From positions 1 through 64,000 of the forward strand of contig JABLTG010000037.1 of assembly GCA_016618085.1 (NCBI GenBank): DNA of 64,000 nucleotides, given 5' to 3'. Shown here in pieces: positions 39,871-52,150 of this stretch. The notes below the pieces were generated by a model. That model was given only the letters and a program-made list of their open reading frames with translations, was not told the DNA's origin and searched no databases. This DNA comes from Neovahlkampfia damariscottae (lineage: Eukaryota). The translations under genes and the position numbers were made by a program. Positions within the stretch are counted from its first letter, which is position 1; each line of letters begins with the position of its first letter.

Positions 39871-40968
39871 TTATAAAAATGTTTTTGGTTTGACTTGTTT
39901 TTCATTTGTGATTCTTCTAACATAAATTTCGTTTTTTGTTGACTCTTCTTCTTCACCTTTTTCAAAACAATAAGAAGAAGCAACTGCAAGTAAACTTCCA
40001 TCATAATTAAATGATAAAGAACTAATACTTGTTGGATAAGGTGAAAAACTAACTAATTTCTTTTTGTTAAAACCATCCCAAATATTAACAATTTTATCAG
40101 AACCACCTGTTGCAAAACTACCATAAATTGGATGAAAAGCAATTCCATTTACTGGATATAAAGTCTCAACACCTTCATCTTTTGTTCTATGACATTTAAA
40201 TGCCTTTAAAATTAGATTTAAAATAATATTATTTTACATATTTTTTTTCTTGAACAGAAGGATCAACATCAAAGTACTCAATGGATACTCTACCTTCAAT
40301 AGATGATAATGCATATCCTTTTGAATCAATAAAACAACGAATTATTCTTGTTTGATATTTTAAACTACTTTCTCTTTTTTGTATTAATTTCATTGTAGTT
40401 AAATCATAAATATAAACATGTCTACCATGTGTACCAACAACTAAATGTTTACCATCTTTTGATATATCCATTGAGTATACTTTACCAGGTAGTTCAAAAG
40501 TATGAAGACATTCTTTTTTCTCAATATCCCATCTTTTATTTTAAAATTAATATTTTCTTACACTTTTACTGTTTCATCCCAAGAACCTGAATATAATCTA
40601 TTATTATTAAATGTTAAACATCTTATTGCTTTTGAATGTTTTCCAATTTCAATTTCTTTTTCATTTTCTAAGTCATACATTTTAATTGTCGCATCTAAAC
40701 CAGAAGTGAAACAATGACTATCTGAATTCCAACATCCATCTAAAACAGCACCTTTATGTTGATATTTTTTAAGTACAATATTATTATCAACATCATAAAT
40801 TCGAACAGATCCATCCTTTTAAAAAAAAAAATAAAAAAAATAATTTTTACAAACCCAGCAAGTTGCTAATAATAAATTCTTTTTTGAAGGTGTAAATGAT
40901 ACAGATGAAATTGAGTCATTTGGAAGATCATTTAGTAATATTTGTTGTTTGGTTGGGTCTGTTGTCAT
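39871..40968 (-). CDS. BUB3: Spindle checkpoint WD40 protein Bub3
   Basis: [56 protein letters not shown]; two introns. Confidence 0.93.
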
Positions 40969-41023
40969 TGTCCAATAAAAACTGAATAATTTTTGTTAAA
41001 AAATCATCCAATCACATCGAACT

Positions 41024-42540
41024 ATGAAAATTACTTTGTTGCTCATTGTCGGATTATTTATCTTTTCATTGAATGCTGAAACTGTTGAAACATCAATCAA
41101 TGGAGATTCAAAACCTTTTAAAACAGCACCTGGAATTGATACATCAGATCCTATGACTTCTTTTGAAGTAAACTTAGTTTTTTTGAACGACTTACTTCTC
41201 TCTTAGTCACTTGAATCAATTTTTGAAGAGTACATCCCAAAAGAAAAGTTAGAACAAGTTAAAAGAGTTTTATATGGAAAAGGCTCACAACCTCTTGAAA
41301 TTACAAAAGAAGCAACTGAACTTTCTGAAAAATACAACTTTGAAATTAAACATGTTTCTATGGTTCAAAATGCTGCACCTGAACAATTAAGAAAAAGAAA
41401 AATTGTTAAAGTTGGTGCTATTCAAACACAAATTGTAAAACCAACTTCAGCACCAATTGCTGAACAAGTAAAAGACATATTTTGATTAACCTTCTAAAAA
41501 GTACAAAGCAATTAGAGATCAAACTGAAAAAATGATTGATGCTGCTGCTAGTTTAGGTGTTAACGTTCTTTGTTTACAAGAAGCGTGGTAAGTTTTTTTT
41601 CTTACTTTTATTTTCAACAACAAAGGACAATGCCTTTTGCTTTTTGTACAAGAGAGAAATTACCTTGGATGGAATTTGCAGAAAGTGCAGAAGATGGAAA
41701 TTCAACAAAATTCCTTCAAAAATTAGCTAAAAAACACAACATGGTTATTATATCACCAATCCTTGAAAGAGATCCAATCCATGCTGAAACTATTTGGAAT
41801 ACTGCTGTTGTTATTGGTAATAATGGAAATGTTATTGGAAAATCAAGAAAAAATCATATTCCAAGAGTTGGAGATTTCAATGAAGCAACTTATTGTAAGA
41901 CAATAATTCTTTTAAAAAAAAATATCAAAAGACACAGAAGGTAACACAGGACATCCAGTTTTTGAAACAAAATTCGGTAAAATTGCTATCAATATTTGTT
42001 ATGGAAGACATCATCCTTTAAATTGGATGATGTATGGATTGAATGGTGCTCAAATCGTTTTTAATCCAAGTGCAACAGTTGGAGCACTCAGTGAACCTTT
42101 ATGGTAAAAAAAATAAAAAATATAACCAAACTTTTTTTAGGGGAATTGAAGCTAGAAATGCCGCTATTGCAAATGCTTATTATTCAGTTGGAATCAATAG
42201 AATTGGAACTGAAACATTTCCAAATGAATTTACATCAGGAAATGGAAAGAAAGCTCATAAAGATTTTGGACACTTTTATGGTACATCTTATGTAGCTGGT
42301 CCAGATGGATCAAGAACACCTGGTCTTTCAAGAGTTAGAGATGGTTTATTAGTAACAGAAATTGACTTAAATCACAATAGACAAGTCAAAGATAGTGTAA
42401 TTAAATTTATTAATTGATTTTTTTTTACAAAGTGGATGTTGGCAATCACTTCTAGATTTGAACTTTATGCTAAAAAACTTAATGAATTCATTGATATGAA
42501 ATACAAAGGTGAAACAATCAAAGATCCTTCTTTAGAATAA
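41024..42540 (+). CDS. UPB1: Beta-ureidopropionase (beta-alanine synthase, nitrilase family) with N-terminal hydrophobic leader
   Basis: [50 protein letters not shown]; six introns. Confidence 0.96.
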
Positions 42541-42672
42541 ATCCTTTAGTTTTTCATTATTTAGAATTAATTTTCTGGTTTCTTTCTTCTTAAGAATTCA
42601 AAAGGGACATAACAGATTTTCATTAGATTTTTCTTATGATTATTTTTTCAAAAAATTCTTTCTTCTTTTATT

Positions 42673-42773
42673 TCAATATTTTCTTTGTGGTGAATATTTT
42701 TGATGATTTTCATAATTTTTTCTTTGAGGTGATTGTGAATATCTTCTACGTTCAGGAGAATAACGACGTTGGT

Positions 42774-42809
<36 letters not shown>

Positions 42810-43615
42810 GAGGTGGTGAATAACGACGTTCACTATATCTTCTACGTTCAGGAGAATAATCACGACGTGGAGAATAATGACGACGTGGAGAATAATGACG
42901 ACGTTGATGATAACCACCACCACGATCATTATAACCACCACGATAACTTCCACGACGTTGATAACCACCACGATAACCACCATCATATGGTCTATATGGT
43001 GGTCTATATCCAAGATATTTACCAGGTGTCTATTGAAAATTTAAATGAGTTTTGTTTCTTTACAGTTTCATGTGGTTTATCTGATAGAGAAAAATCTGTA
43101 CGAATTTCTCTTCCATCAAGTTCTTTTTGATGGAATTTTTCTTTACATAATTTTGCTGTTTCAATATCATCAAAATATGCAAAGCCAAATCCTTTACTGT
43201 AACCACTCTGAAGGTACGTTATTTTTATTTTTATTCTTTACTTCTCTATCAAGTACAAGTGTGAATTTATCAAGTTTAAACTCTTCTTTGATCATTTTAA
43301 CCATTTCTTCTTCTTTAATTTCTTTTGGTAATCCAAAAAATCCAACAACTATTTTTTTTTTGTCAATTTTATTTTTTATTTTTTACCTTTTGATGGTTCA
43401 GGAGTTGAATCTCTTTTAAAAACCTTCTTTTTATAAAAAACTGGACTTCTTCTTCTTCTTGGTGGTGATCTACTGTTATAATGGTCACTTCTTCTTGGTG
43501 AACGGTTTGGACTTGAGTCTTTTCTTTTATAACCTGGTGAGCCTGAGTTTCTTCTTTCAGGTGTATAAGATCTTCTACTTGGTGATTGACGTCTTGGACT
43601 TTCGTTGTTGGACAT
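42673..43615 (-). CDS. TRA2: Transformer-2-like RS-RRM-RS splicing factor
   Basis: RS/SP-rich N-terminus, RNP1 KGFGFAYF, post-RRM RTDFSLSDKPHETTPGKYLG, RGG and RRYSP repeats, polyQ; three introns. Confidence 0.85.
42774..42809 (-). repeat. (CAA)n microsatellite encoding polyglutamine in the Tra2-like gene
   Basis: Run of (ttg/gtt)n on the plus strand. Confidence 0.9.
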
Positions 43616-43692
43616 TTTTTTGAGGTTGAACAATAAATTGAAATGATTGGATAAAATTTTGTTTATTTCAATTTTAATTTTTATAATTCTAT

Positions 43693-44057
43693 TTAATTAG
43701 TTTCTTCAAATTCCCATGCAGAACGACACATTGGACATGTTTGTTCTTGATCTTGAGTTTCCAACCATTTCATTATACAGTTCAAATGGAAAGTATGATT
43801 ACATTTTCCTTTTATTTTAAAATTAAAAAATAAATACCAGATATAGCAGGTGCATCATCACCAGGAAATTGACCGTCTTTTAAAATTTAAAATAACCATT
43901 TAATTATACCTGTAGCAGAAGAATCTAATTCAAGGTGACATATACCACATACTTCTTCAGGACCTTTCCAAGTCCAACTAGAAACTAAATTTACACCTAG
44001 AAAAATAATTAGATTTATGGTGACACCAAAAAAGTTACTTTTGATTTTTATTTTCAT
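43693..44057 (-). CDS. ANAPC11: APC/C RING-H2 subunit Apc11 (not in ORF track)
   Basis: MKIKIKSVNLVSSWTW..CGIC..PGDDAP..CNHTFHLNCIMKWL..CPMCRSAWEF; three introns. Confidence 0.9.
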
Positions 44058-44102
44058 TGGTCAAAAAAAAAAAAATAAACCGAAATTGAGTTCAAAACAT
44101 AA

Positions 44103-44288
44103 ATGGAACAAGAAGAAAATTTGAAAGCTGAAACAAAGGAATCTGTGAATAAAGAAGAGTATAATGATGTAATAGAACATGATGGTAAAATAGACGGAAA
44201 AAGTTGGTCAGATGAAGAAACAGAAGTAGAACCTTTTGACGAACAAAAATTAGTTGATTCAACGAGTTGTATGTGTATAATAAATTAA
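44103..44288 (+). CDS. 61-aa acidic protein ending CMCIIN (possible CaaX lipidation)
   Basis: Fills the gap between APC11 and CK2alpha exactly and shares a CCAAT spacer with APC11. Confidence 0.6.
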   Translation: MEQEENLKAETKESVNKEEYNDVIEHDGKIDGKSWSDEETEVEPFDEQKLVDSTSCMCIIN

Positions 44289-45459
44289 AAAGAATTTTTA
44301 ATTGAATCAAAATAAGGATGTTCTAAAGCTTCTTTTGCTGTTAGTCTTTCTGAATGATCATAACGCAATAATTTATCAATTAAATCTATTGCTTCTTTTG
44401 TTGCATAATCTTTTCTTTCTTTTGTGACAAATGAACTCCATTCAATCTCTGGATAACGATTTCTATTTCAAAAAATAATTAATCATCTCTCTTTTTGTTT
44501 TACTTTGTCAATAAACCTTCAAAACATGTTTTTAATTGAATATTATATTTTTCAAGATAATCAAATAATTTTTGAGTTCCAAGTACTTTTGCAATTTTAA
44601 TTAATTGATCATAATTATCTTTTCCTTTAAAAAGAGGATCCTTTAAAAATATCTAAAGAATATGTTTAATATAAATATTTATATCATACCATTCCTGCAA
44701 AAGTACAACCTAAACTCCATAAATCTAAAGAATGATCATAAGTCATATAATCTAATAATAACTCTGGACTTTTATAATATCTTGAAGCAACACGAACATT
44801 ATATTCAGTACCTGGATGATAGAATTCAGCTAAACCCCAATCAATAATTCTTAATTGTTTAATTGAATGATCAATCATAATATTATGAGGTTTTATATCA
44901 CGATGGAAAATACCTTGACTATTTTTTAAGTTTTTAAAATTTTCGAACCTATGAGCATAATTTAATCCTTTTAATATTTGATAAATATAAAAACAAATAT
45001 CATCAGGTTTTAAAGTAGGATATAAAAGTCTAAAATCAGTATTCTTTACTTTTTCAGTGATTAAAGCAGGTGTACTAGTTTCTTTATGTTTTACAACGTC
45101 CAATAATTGTACAATATTTGGACCACCAGATAAATTTTGTAATATTTGAATCTCTCTTTGAATCTTTTTCGTTTTTACAGGTCTTTTATATTTTTTTTAG
45201 TTTTTTTTTTTTTTTACTTTAATATTTTTATAATGCATTCTTTTCCATTTAAAGTATTTGTTCCTTCAAATACTTCACTATATTTTCCTCTTCCAACTTT
45301 TTTTAAAACGTCATAGTTTCCACTATCATTCCATTTTACTTTAAAATTTTCATAATCCCAATAATCTTTGTTTTTCTTCTTTAAAGCATCAGGATATGCT
45401 CTAGAGATGGTTACTTTAGGTTTTTTCAAATCTTCACTCTCTGAATCTGATGTTGACAT
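44285..45459 (-). CDS. CSNK2A1: Casein kinase II alpha
   Basis: [40 protein letters not shown]; four introns. Confidence 0.97.
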
Positions 45460-45512
45460 AATGTTGACCAATGAAAAGAAAGTAGGTTGAAATATAATTT
45501 TAGAAATAATAT

Positions 45513-46432
45513 TTATTGATTCAAAGATAAAGCAATATTTGAAGATAATAATAAAATTACAAATAGAATTACCACAGTAAATATAACTCTTTTTGAAATT
45601 CTCTTCTTATTAAAAGTTGATAACCAATTATAAATATTTTCATGATGATTCATTGTTAATTTTGATAAATTTGAATCAAAATTTGCATGAGAATGTAACC
45701 AATTTGATAATTGAAATTTATAATTTAACCATATTTCAAATCTAGATTGATTAATGGAAGTATTATCATCATCATTAGTATTGTAATTGATAGTGTTGTC
45801 ATCATCATCATCATTACCATCTCTTATAAAATGATTATTTAATATTTTTAATTGTTCATAAAATATAAATGGTTTTAATAATTGAAATAATTCTGAAATA
45901 TTTCTTTTTTTATTTTCCATTGATGATATTGATTTTATAACTGATATTTTAAATTCATTTGATTCCATTTTATTGATTGTTTCTTTATATATATTTTCAA
46001 TTTCTTCATTTGACAAATATTTATAATCAAAATTAAAACATTCTTTTATTAAAAATGAATCAAATAATTCAATTTCATTTTTTAATTCTTCATTATTTTT
46101 TGATTCTTTACCTAGAATATTCTTAAATTTTAATATTTCATTCGTAGCTTCAATTTTATCATTTTTTTGTTCAAGGTTATTATATTTTCTTAAATTTTTA
46201 TAATAAATTGAATATAAATAATCCATTACTAAATCATATTTTTTTAATATTTCTTCATCTTCTTCTTGATCTGAAGAATTAGTATATAATGAAACAAACC
46301 TAATTTTTTGAATTCCTCAATTTGTTTTTCATTATCTTTGAATTGTTTTACTATTCCTTGAAATATTTTTTGATTATCTGATGTATACTTTTTGACAAAA
46401 TTATTTTTTATTAACCGTTTGAGTCTCTTCAT
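45513..46432 (-). CDS. Hypothetical protein, basic N-terminus (mitochondrial-type leader) and C-terminal TM
   Basis: One 29-nt intron joins the frames of ORFs 46244 and 45513. Confidence 0.6.
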
Positions 46433-46538
46433 TTAAGTAAATGTCTGACCAATTAGGATCATCAAGATAAAACATTAATAAATGTTATTATTATTTTATA
46501 TTTACTAAATGAGAAAGATGTACAATAAGTCAGAATAT

Positions 46539-46811
46539 TTATAATGTGAGGTCAAACAGAATTTCATTTTTCAAATCTTCCATTTTTTTCATATTTTGAA
46601 CTTGTTCAATGGTTGCTTTCATTTCAAAAGTTGGTGTCATTCTTTCTTGTATTTCTACTTTTCTAAAATAATCAATTCCAACATTACTTTCAATTCCATT
46701 TTGATCAATAACACGAATGAATAATGGTAAACCAATATTATTAGTTTTAAAACCTTGAAAGACTTCTCTCATTGTGTTCAAGTTTGGAATGGATATTTTT
46801 TGATTGTTCAT
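46539..46811 (-). CDS. 90-aa hypothetical protein
   Basis: Clean ORF. No AG acceptor links it to the upstream ZZ gene. Confidence 0.45.
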   Translation of the reverse strand: MNNQKISIPNLNTMREVFQGFKTNNIGLPLFIRVIDQNGIESNVGIDYFRKVEIQERMTPTFEMKATIEQVQNMKKMEDLKNEILFDLTL

Positions 46812-46848
46812 TTTTGATCACAAATAAATTTGAGGTCAATATTAAAAG

Positions 46849-47364
46849 TTACATTTTATTCATTAATGATGATAATATATCTCGTGGTGCATCAATCTCT
46901 TCAAATGTATGTAGTCCATCAAAATGTTGATCAGAATTATCATTTAGACATTTTTCACAAAAATCAAAGTCCAAACATTCATTACATTTGTATCTTTTTC
47001 CTTTTATTCCTTTTTCTTCACATCCATCACAGATGATTCCTAAATGTACATTTTCACCTCTTTCTAGCTTATTGTCAATTTTGAAAATTAAATCTCCTTC
47101 TTTTGGTTGAAAGCCATGTTCAATGAATCCAAACTCAGTCGCATTTGACATAATTTCAAAAATTTGATTCATTTTTATTTCTTTATCTGAAATTGAGATA
47201 ACTGGACATCTTTTTAGATATTTCTCTCTTAATCTCTCTTTCATTTTTTGTGTTTTTTCAATTTCTTGTTTTTTATGAAGAAGTTTGGATACTGCTGCTT
47301 CAATGGCTGCATTTTTTTCTTCACTGAGACGAAGATTCTTCAAATCTCTATTTATTTTTTCCAT
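46849..47364 (-). CDS. ZZ-type zinc finger protein
   Basis: HLGIICDGC..IKGKRYKCNECLDFDFCEKC..H..HTF; likely start MEKINRD. Confidence 0.85.
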   Translation of the reverse strand: MEKINRDLKNLRLSEEKNAAIEAAVSKLLHKKQEIEKTQKMKERLREKYLKRCPVISISDKEIKMNQIFEIMSNATEFGFIEHGFQPKEGDLIFKIDNKLERGENVHLGIICDGCEEKGIKGKRYKCNECLDFDFCEKCLNDNSDQHFDGLHTFEEIDAPRDILSSLMNKM

Positions 47365-47506
47365 AATGATTCTGGTGCACTTGTTTTTATTTTTTGATCT
47401 ATTTATAAAAATAAATAAACATTCCGATTGGATTAAATTTCCATCCAATCAGATTAATAATCTAATTTTAAACTCAAAATCCGAGGAAATTGAGTCGAAG
47501 AAACAA

Positions 47507-49113
47507 ATGAATAAAATACCTAATAAAACAAATGTAGAAGAAATTAAATTAGATCTTGATAAAAAGACAAAAGAGAATATGATAAAAATATATTCAAGAT
47601 GGAATAAAAAAGAATATAAAGATAGATTCACAAAAAAATATTCAAATGATCCAAAATTATTAAAATCAAAAATAGATGAATTAGTACCTAAATTAATTCA
47701 AGAATACTTTCCAAATAAGAAATTAGGTTTAACTAAAATATTCTTTTAACAAAATAAGGTATTATTTTTACAACTTCAATACCTGAATTTATACTTGAAA
47801 AAGAAATATCTATTGAAAATCTTGAAAATATTATTCAAAATTTAGGAAAAGAAAAGAAAGAAAAATTGAATGAAATTTTAAAAAATGTTCAAGGATATTT
47901 AAATGATGAAAATGAAGAAAATGTAAAATGATATATTTTACTTCTAACTCATTATAGAATTATATCATTTCAATTTTATTTTTTATTCGAAATTTTGGAA
48001 TGACTTTATTGATTTATAATTTATTAGAAATGAATAAAGAAGAAGAAGAAATTGATTTATTAAAAGATTTAGAATATAATCATTATTTGAATTATTGTAA
48101 AAATGATGGAAAACAAGAATTAAAAAAAATATTAAATATATTATCCATCCAATCAAATTCAAAACAAAAAATAAAAGAATTAGAAGAATTAAATTTGAAT
48201 AATTCAATTATAAAATTTAATTTAGGTTTATTATATAGAAATGGAAATGAAAATGAAATTAAAAAATCATTAAATTTAATTGTGTGAAATATGTATTAAT
48301 ATTAATTCTATTTTTAGATTGAATCATCCATTGAAGGATTTATACCTGCCAAAAGTTATTTAGGATCATTGTATATACAATCATCAGATGAAAATAAACA
48401 AAAAGAAGGTAGAGAATTAATTGAAATAGCAGCAGAATTTGGTGAAATTAAAGCACAATATCATATGGGTTTAATATTTGGTTTAGAAAAGAATTATGAA
48501 AAATCTATTGAATGGTACAAAAGAACAATAAAAAATAATGATTTTCTTTTTGGAAATGAATCAACAAAAATATGTAAAATAATATTTTTACATTTTAATA
48601 TTTTCAAAAAGGGGCTGAAGATAATTTAAAAGTAATTCAAAATGAATATGAAAATGAAAAACAATTTCAAGAGATTGAATTATCAATGGAATTATTATCA
48701 GAAGAAGATCAACTTGAAGTATCAAATGATATAAAAGAAAGAGGAAATGAATTATTTTTGAATGGTTATTATACAATTGCATTAAAATATTATTTACTTG
48801 CATTTGCATATGATCAATCAAATTATTTAATATTGAGTAATATGTAAGAAAGAAATAAGAAATATTAATAATTATTAGATCAGCTACATTTTATAAAATG
48901 AATAATTTTAAAGATGCATTACAAACTGCAACAAAATCAACTGAAATTAATCCAACATTTGCAAAAGGTTATTTTAGAAAAGGTTGTTGTTTTGAAGCAA
49001 TGAATCAATATAAAAAGTCAATAATAGAATTTAAAAAAGCATATGAATTAGATAATAAAAATGAAGAATATAAAAAAAGAATTGAAAAATTATCAAAAAT
49101 AATTAAAAATTGA
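47507..49113 (+). CDS. Sel1-like and TPR repeat protein
   Basis: AQYHMGLIF..EKSIEWY (Sel1); KERGNELF, FAKGYFRKG (TPR); five introns. Confidence 0.85.
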
Positions 49114-49158
49114 ATAAATTATATTTTTAGAAAATTGACCAATAAAAAACAAAAGTAA

Positions 49159-49849
49159 ATGAGTAACCAAACAAAAGAAAAATCAGCACTTCAATTAAGA
49201 TTTATCGATGGAACATCTATTACTGCTAATTTACCTTCTGATTGTAAATTAGTAAATGTTGCTAAATTTGTTTGTAAATATGCAAAAGAAAAAGCACTAG
49301 ATAAAAAGAAAGAGGGAAACTATTATCATGAAGAAAAGGGTATTTACTTTGCAATACCATTTCCAAAAACAGAATATAAACCTGGTGAAGAAGATTTTGA
49401 AAATAAAACAATAAAAGAATTAGGTAAAAAAAAGAAAAGTTAAATATTTTTTATTAGGATTTTATCCAAAGTAAAAAACTATTATTCATTTAATCTATAG
49501 AGCTTCATTATTAATTCGACCAAATATTGAAAATTTAGAATTAAAAAAATCTGATCAATCATTTGAAGCAAAAATTGATCCAAATAGTGTAAAGAAATAA
49601 AATATGAATTAATGATTAAAATAGATGCCAGGAACTAGATTACATGGTGATAATACAGAAGCAAAAGAAAAATTTAAAAAAAAAATGAAAGAACAAGAAA
49701 TGGAAGAACAAAAAAAAGAGTTGGAAGAAAAAAAGAAACTTTTAGCTAAAGTTAGAGGTAGAATTGAAATTAATAAAGGAGAAAGAAAAGAGATTTATGG
49801 AAATGTTAAAGAAAAAGAAGAAAATAATGATATCTCTGATAATCAATAA
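49159..49849 (+). CDS. UBX-domain protein
   Basis: LQLRFIDGTSI..AIPFPKTEY..TIKELGFYPKASLLI; three introns with a 13-nt exon. Confidence 0.85.
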
Positions 49850-49950
49850 AATTTAAAGTTATTCAATACACCAGTGAGAATAGAATATAAAATGTTGAAG
49901 TGTTCAATTAGTTCTACTATATATTATTTCTTCTTTTACATTGTAATACA

Positions 49951-51510
49951 TTAACTTGATAATAATTTTGTAATTTTCAAATTATCATTTATATTTTTTT
50001 TAATAGATATTAAATTTTCATTTTTTTCAATTTTTAATTGATTGGTTAAATCCTTTCCAATTTTATAAGATAATTCTAATGGTGATAAATTATCATGATC
50101 ACTTTTTAAATTTAATGAATTTGAATTTAATAATAATATAAAAGTATATAATTTCTTTGTAAAATTAAAATTATTTTTTTTAATTGAAATATGAAAACAA
50201 GTCAATCCTTTTTTATCTTTTTCTTCTAATAATGATTTAAACTTTTCTAATTTTTTTAATTCAATTGAATCTAATAAATTAATAATATCAATTCTTTCAT
50301 AATAAGAAATTAAATGAAAAAAGTTTCTATTATAATTATCTTTACATTTAAAATCAACTTGTTCTTTTAATAATAATTCAACTAAATTATTTGAATTTCC
50401 ATTTTCAATTCCTTTTAATAATGGTGTTAAATTAGTATTATCTTTTAAATTGAATTTTAATTTCTCTTTTCCATTAAATGTAATATTATTATTTAGTAGA
50501 TGATTATAAATATTAGTGTTATTGTGACTATAATCAATATTATCACTACCACCATTAACACCACTACCAGTACCATTAACACCACTGCCATGATCATCAT
50601 CATCATCAACACCATCATTTAATTTTATTAAGAATTTAAATAATAATTCATCACCCTCTTTCATACATTCATGTAATATTGTTGTACCATTCTCTTTTTT
50701 AAAATTTAAATCACTACCACCAAATGTTATTAAATATTTACTAATCTCCCAATGATGATTCTTTAAACCTTATTTTTTATTAATATTTAATCAATTACCT
50801 TTTTTTTATTATTAGATTATTATAGTCTACTTACTTAAATATAATGGTGAATTTCCATATTTATCTCTTATATTAGTTTTTGAACCATATGATAATAATA
50901 ATATTGTAACATCTTTATATCCTAAAATACAACTAAAATGAATGGATAATTTATTTTTTTTATCCATTGCATTAATATTAGATCCATTTTTTAATAATAT
51001 TTCAATTCCTTCAAAAAAGTTCTTTTTAGTTGAAATATGCAATAATGTTTCTTCTTCTTGTCCAAATTTTCTATTCATTTTTTTAAATATTCTTTTTTCT
51101 TCTTTTTACTTTTCTAAATTTATTTTTTCTTTTGAATTAAATAATTCTTCCATATTTTGTAAATCATAATTTAAAATAGAATTATATAGTTTTGATTCAA
51201 TATCAATAGATTCTAAATATATATTATTCAATTTTTCTTCTTCTAATTTTATTTTATATTGTACTTTTGACCAAACTGAAACAAGTGGCGAAGATAATTC
51301 TGTTAAGTTTGTTTGATTATCATATTCATCTTCATGTAAATCATATCCATCTTCATCACCAAATACTAGAGCTAACTTTGATACGTCACCTAAACTAAGT
51401 CTGGTATTTCTTTTATCTTTCACTGTCAATTCAATTGAATTATCTTGTGATTTTGATCGAAAATGAAATTTATTAAATATTGAAGTCTTTCTCTTCTTTT
51501 CCGTTTTCAT
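49951..51510 (-). CDS. Ankyrin-repeat protein
   Basis: ETLLHIS, GNSPLYLSLKNHHWEISKYLI, GTTILHEC, LTPLLKG, GLTCFHIS; one 39-nt intron and one 66-nt composite intron. Confidence 0.9.
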
Positions 51511-51575
51511 TTGCTTCTCTTTCAAAATAATGATTTGATTGGTGGAAAATGAAGACAAAAAAAAATGTAACGTTT

Positions 51576-51959
51576 TTATTTTTTTCCTCTAAATTTACTT
51601 TTTAATATTCTTTTTACAGATTCAGGTGATATTTTAAATTTTGTCGACAAAAATTGAAAGTTATAGGTCAATGGATCTTTTTTTGATAAACTTTTTAATT
51701 CTTCCATTTCTTCTCTTGATAACTTTCTTGTTGGATCCCATTTTCCAAATTTTACTCTTTTTTTTGTCCATTTTGGTATTTTTACAATTTCTTCTTGTTT
51801 TTCTTTTATTTTTATTTTTTGAACTTCATTTGGATTTAGAATATCAATGGAATCATCAAATTTAAATTTATTTTGTTTTGAATAATTATATAAATTTATA
51901 TTCTGTTTTTTATTTTGATATACATTTATTTTTGAATGAAATCTTTTCAAATGGAACAT
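51576..51959 (-). CDS. NGRN: Neugrin/Rrg9-like mitoribosome assembly factor
   Basis: WDPTRKLSREEMEELKSL..LSTKFKISPESVKRILKSKF; mitochondrial-type leader MFHLKRFHS. Confidence 0.8.
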   Translation of the reverse strand: MFHLKRFHSKINVYQNKKQNINLYNYSKQNKFKFDDSIDILNPNEVQKIKIKEKQEEIVKIPKWTKKRVKFGKWDPTRKLSREEMEELKSLSKKDPLTYNFQFLSTKFKISPESVKRILKSKFRGKK

Positions 51960-52150
51960 CTGTGGTTGAATTAATTGTTGAACCAATAATATTACAACAA
52001 TATTCAAATAAATTTTGAAGAGGAATAACTTTCTAACTATTCCTAGTTGTCTCCAAATATTCACAGTGTTCTTTTGTCTTTGTTAATGTTTTGACTTCAA
52101 CAAAATTTGAATCAATTTTGATTTGATTGGTCAACGTATCTAATAACAAA

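Noticed and set aside
42599..42615. AAGGGACATAACAGA resembles antisense to a conserved SSU rRNA segment (snoRNA guide?)
   Set aside because: Imperfect match and no convincing C and D boxes.
42636..43130. Val/His/Asn-rich ORFs 42636..43130 (+) and 42648..43013 (-)
   Set aside because: Off-frame readings of the Tra2 RS/polyQ region.
34737..44057. Apparent mitotic cluster (SPC25, BUB3, APC11); likewise VPS34 with Atg18, and TrmO with CGI121
   Set aside because: Interspersed with unrelated genes in a dense genome; no evidence beyond chance.
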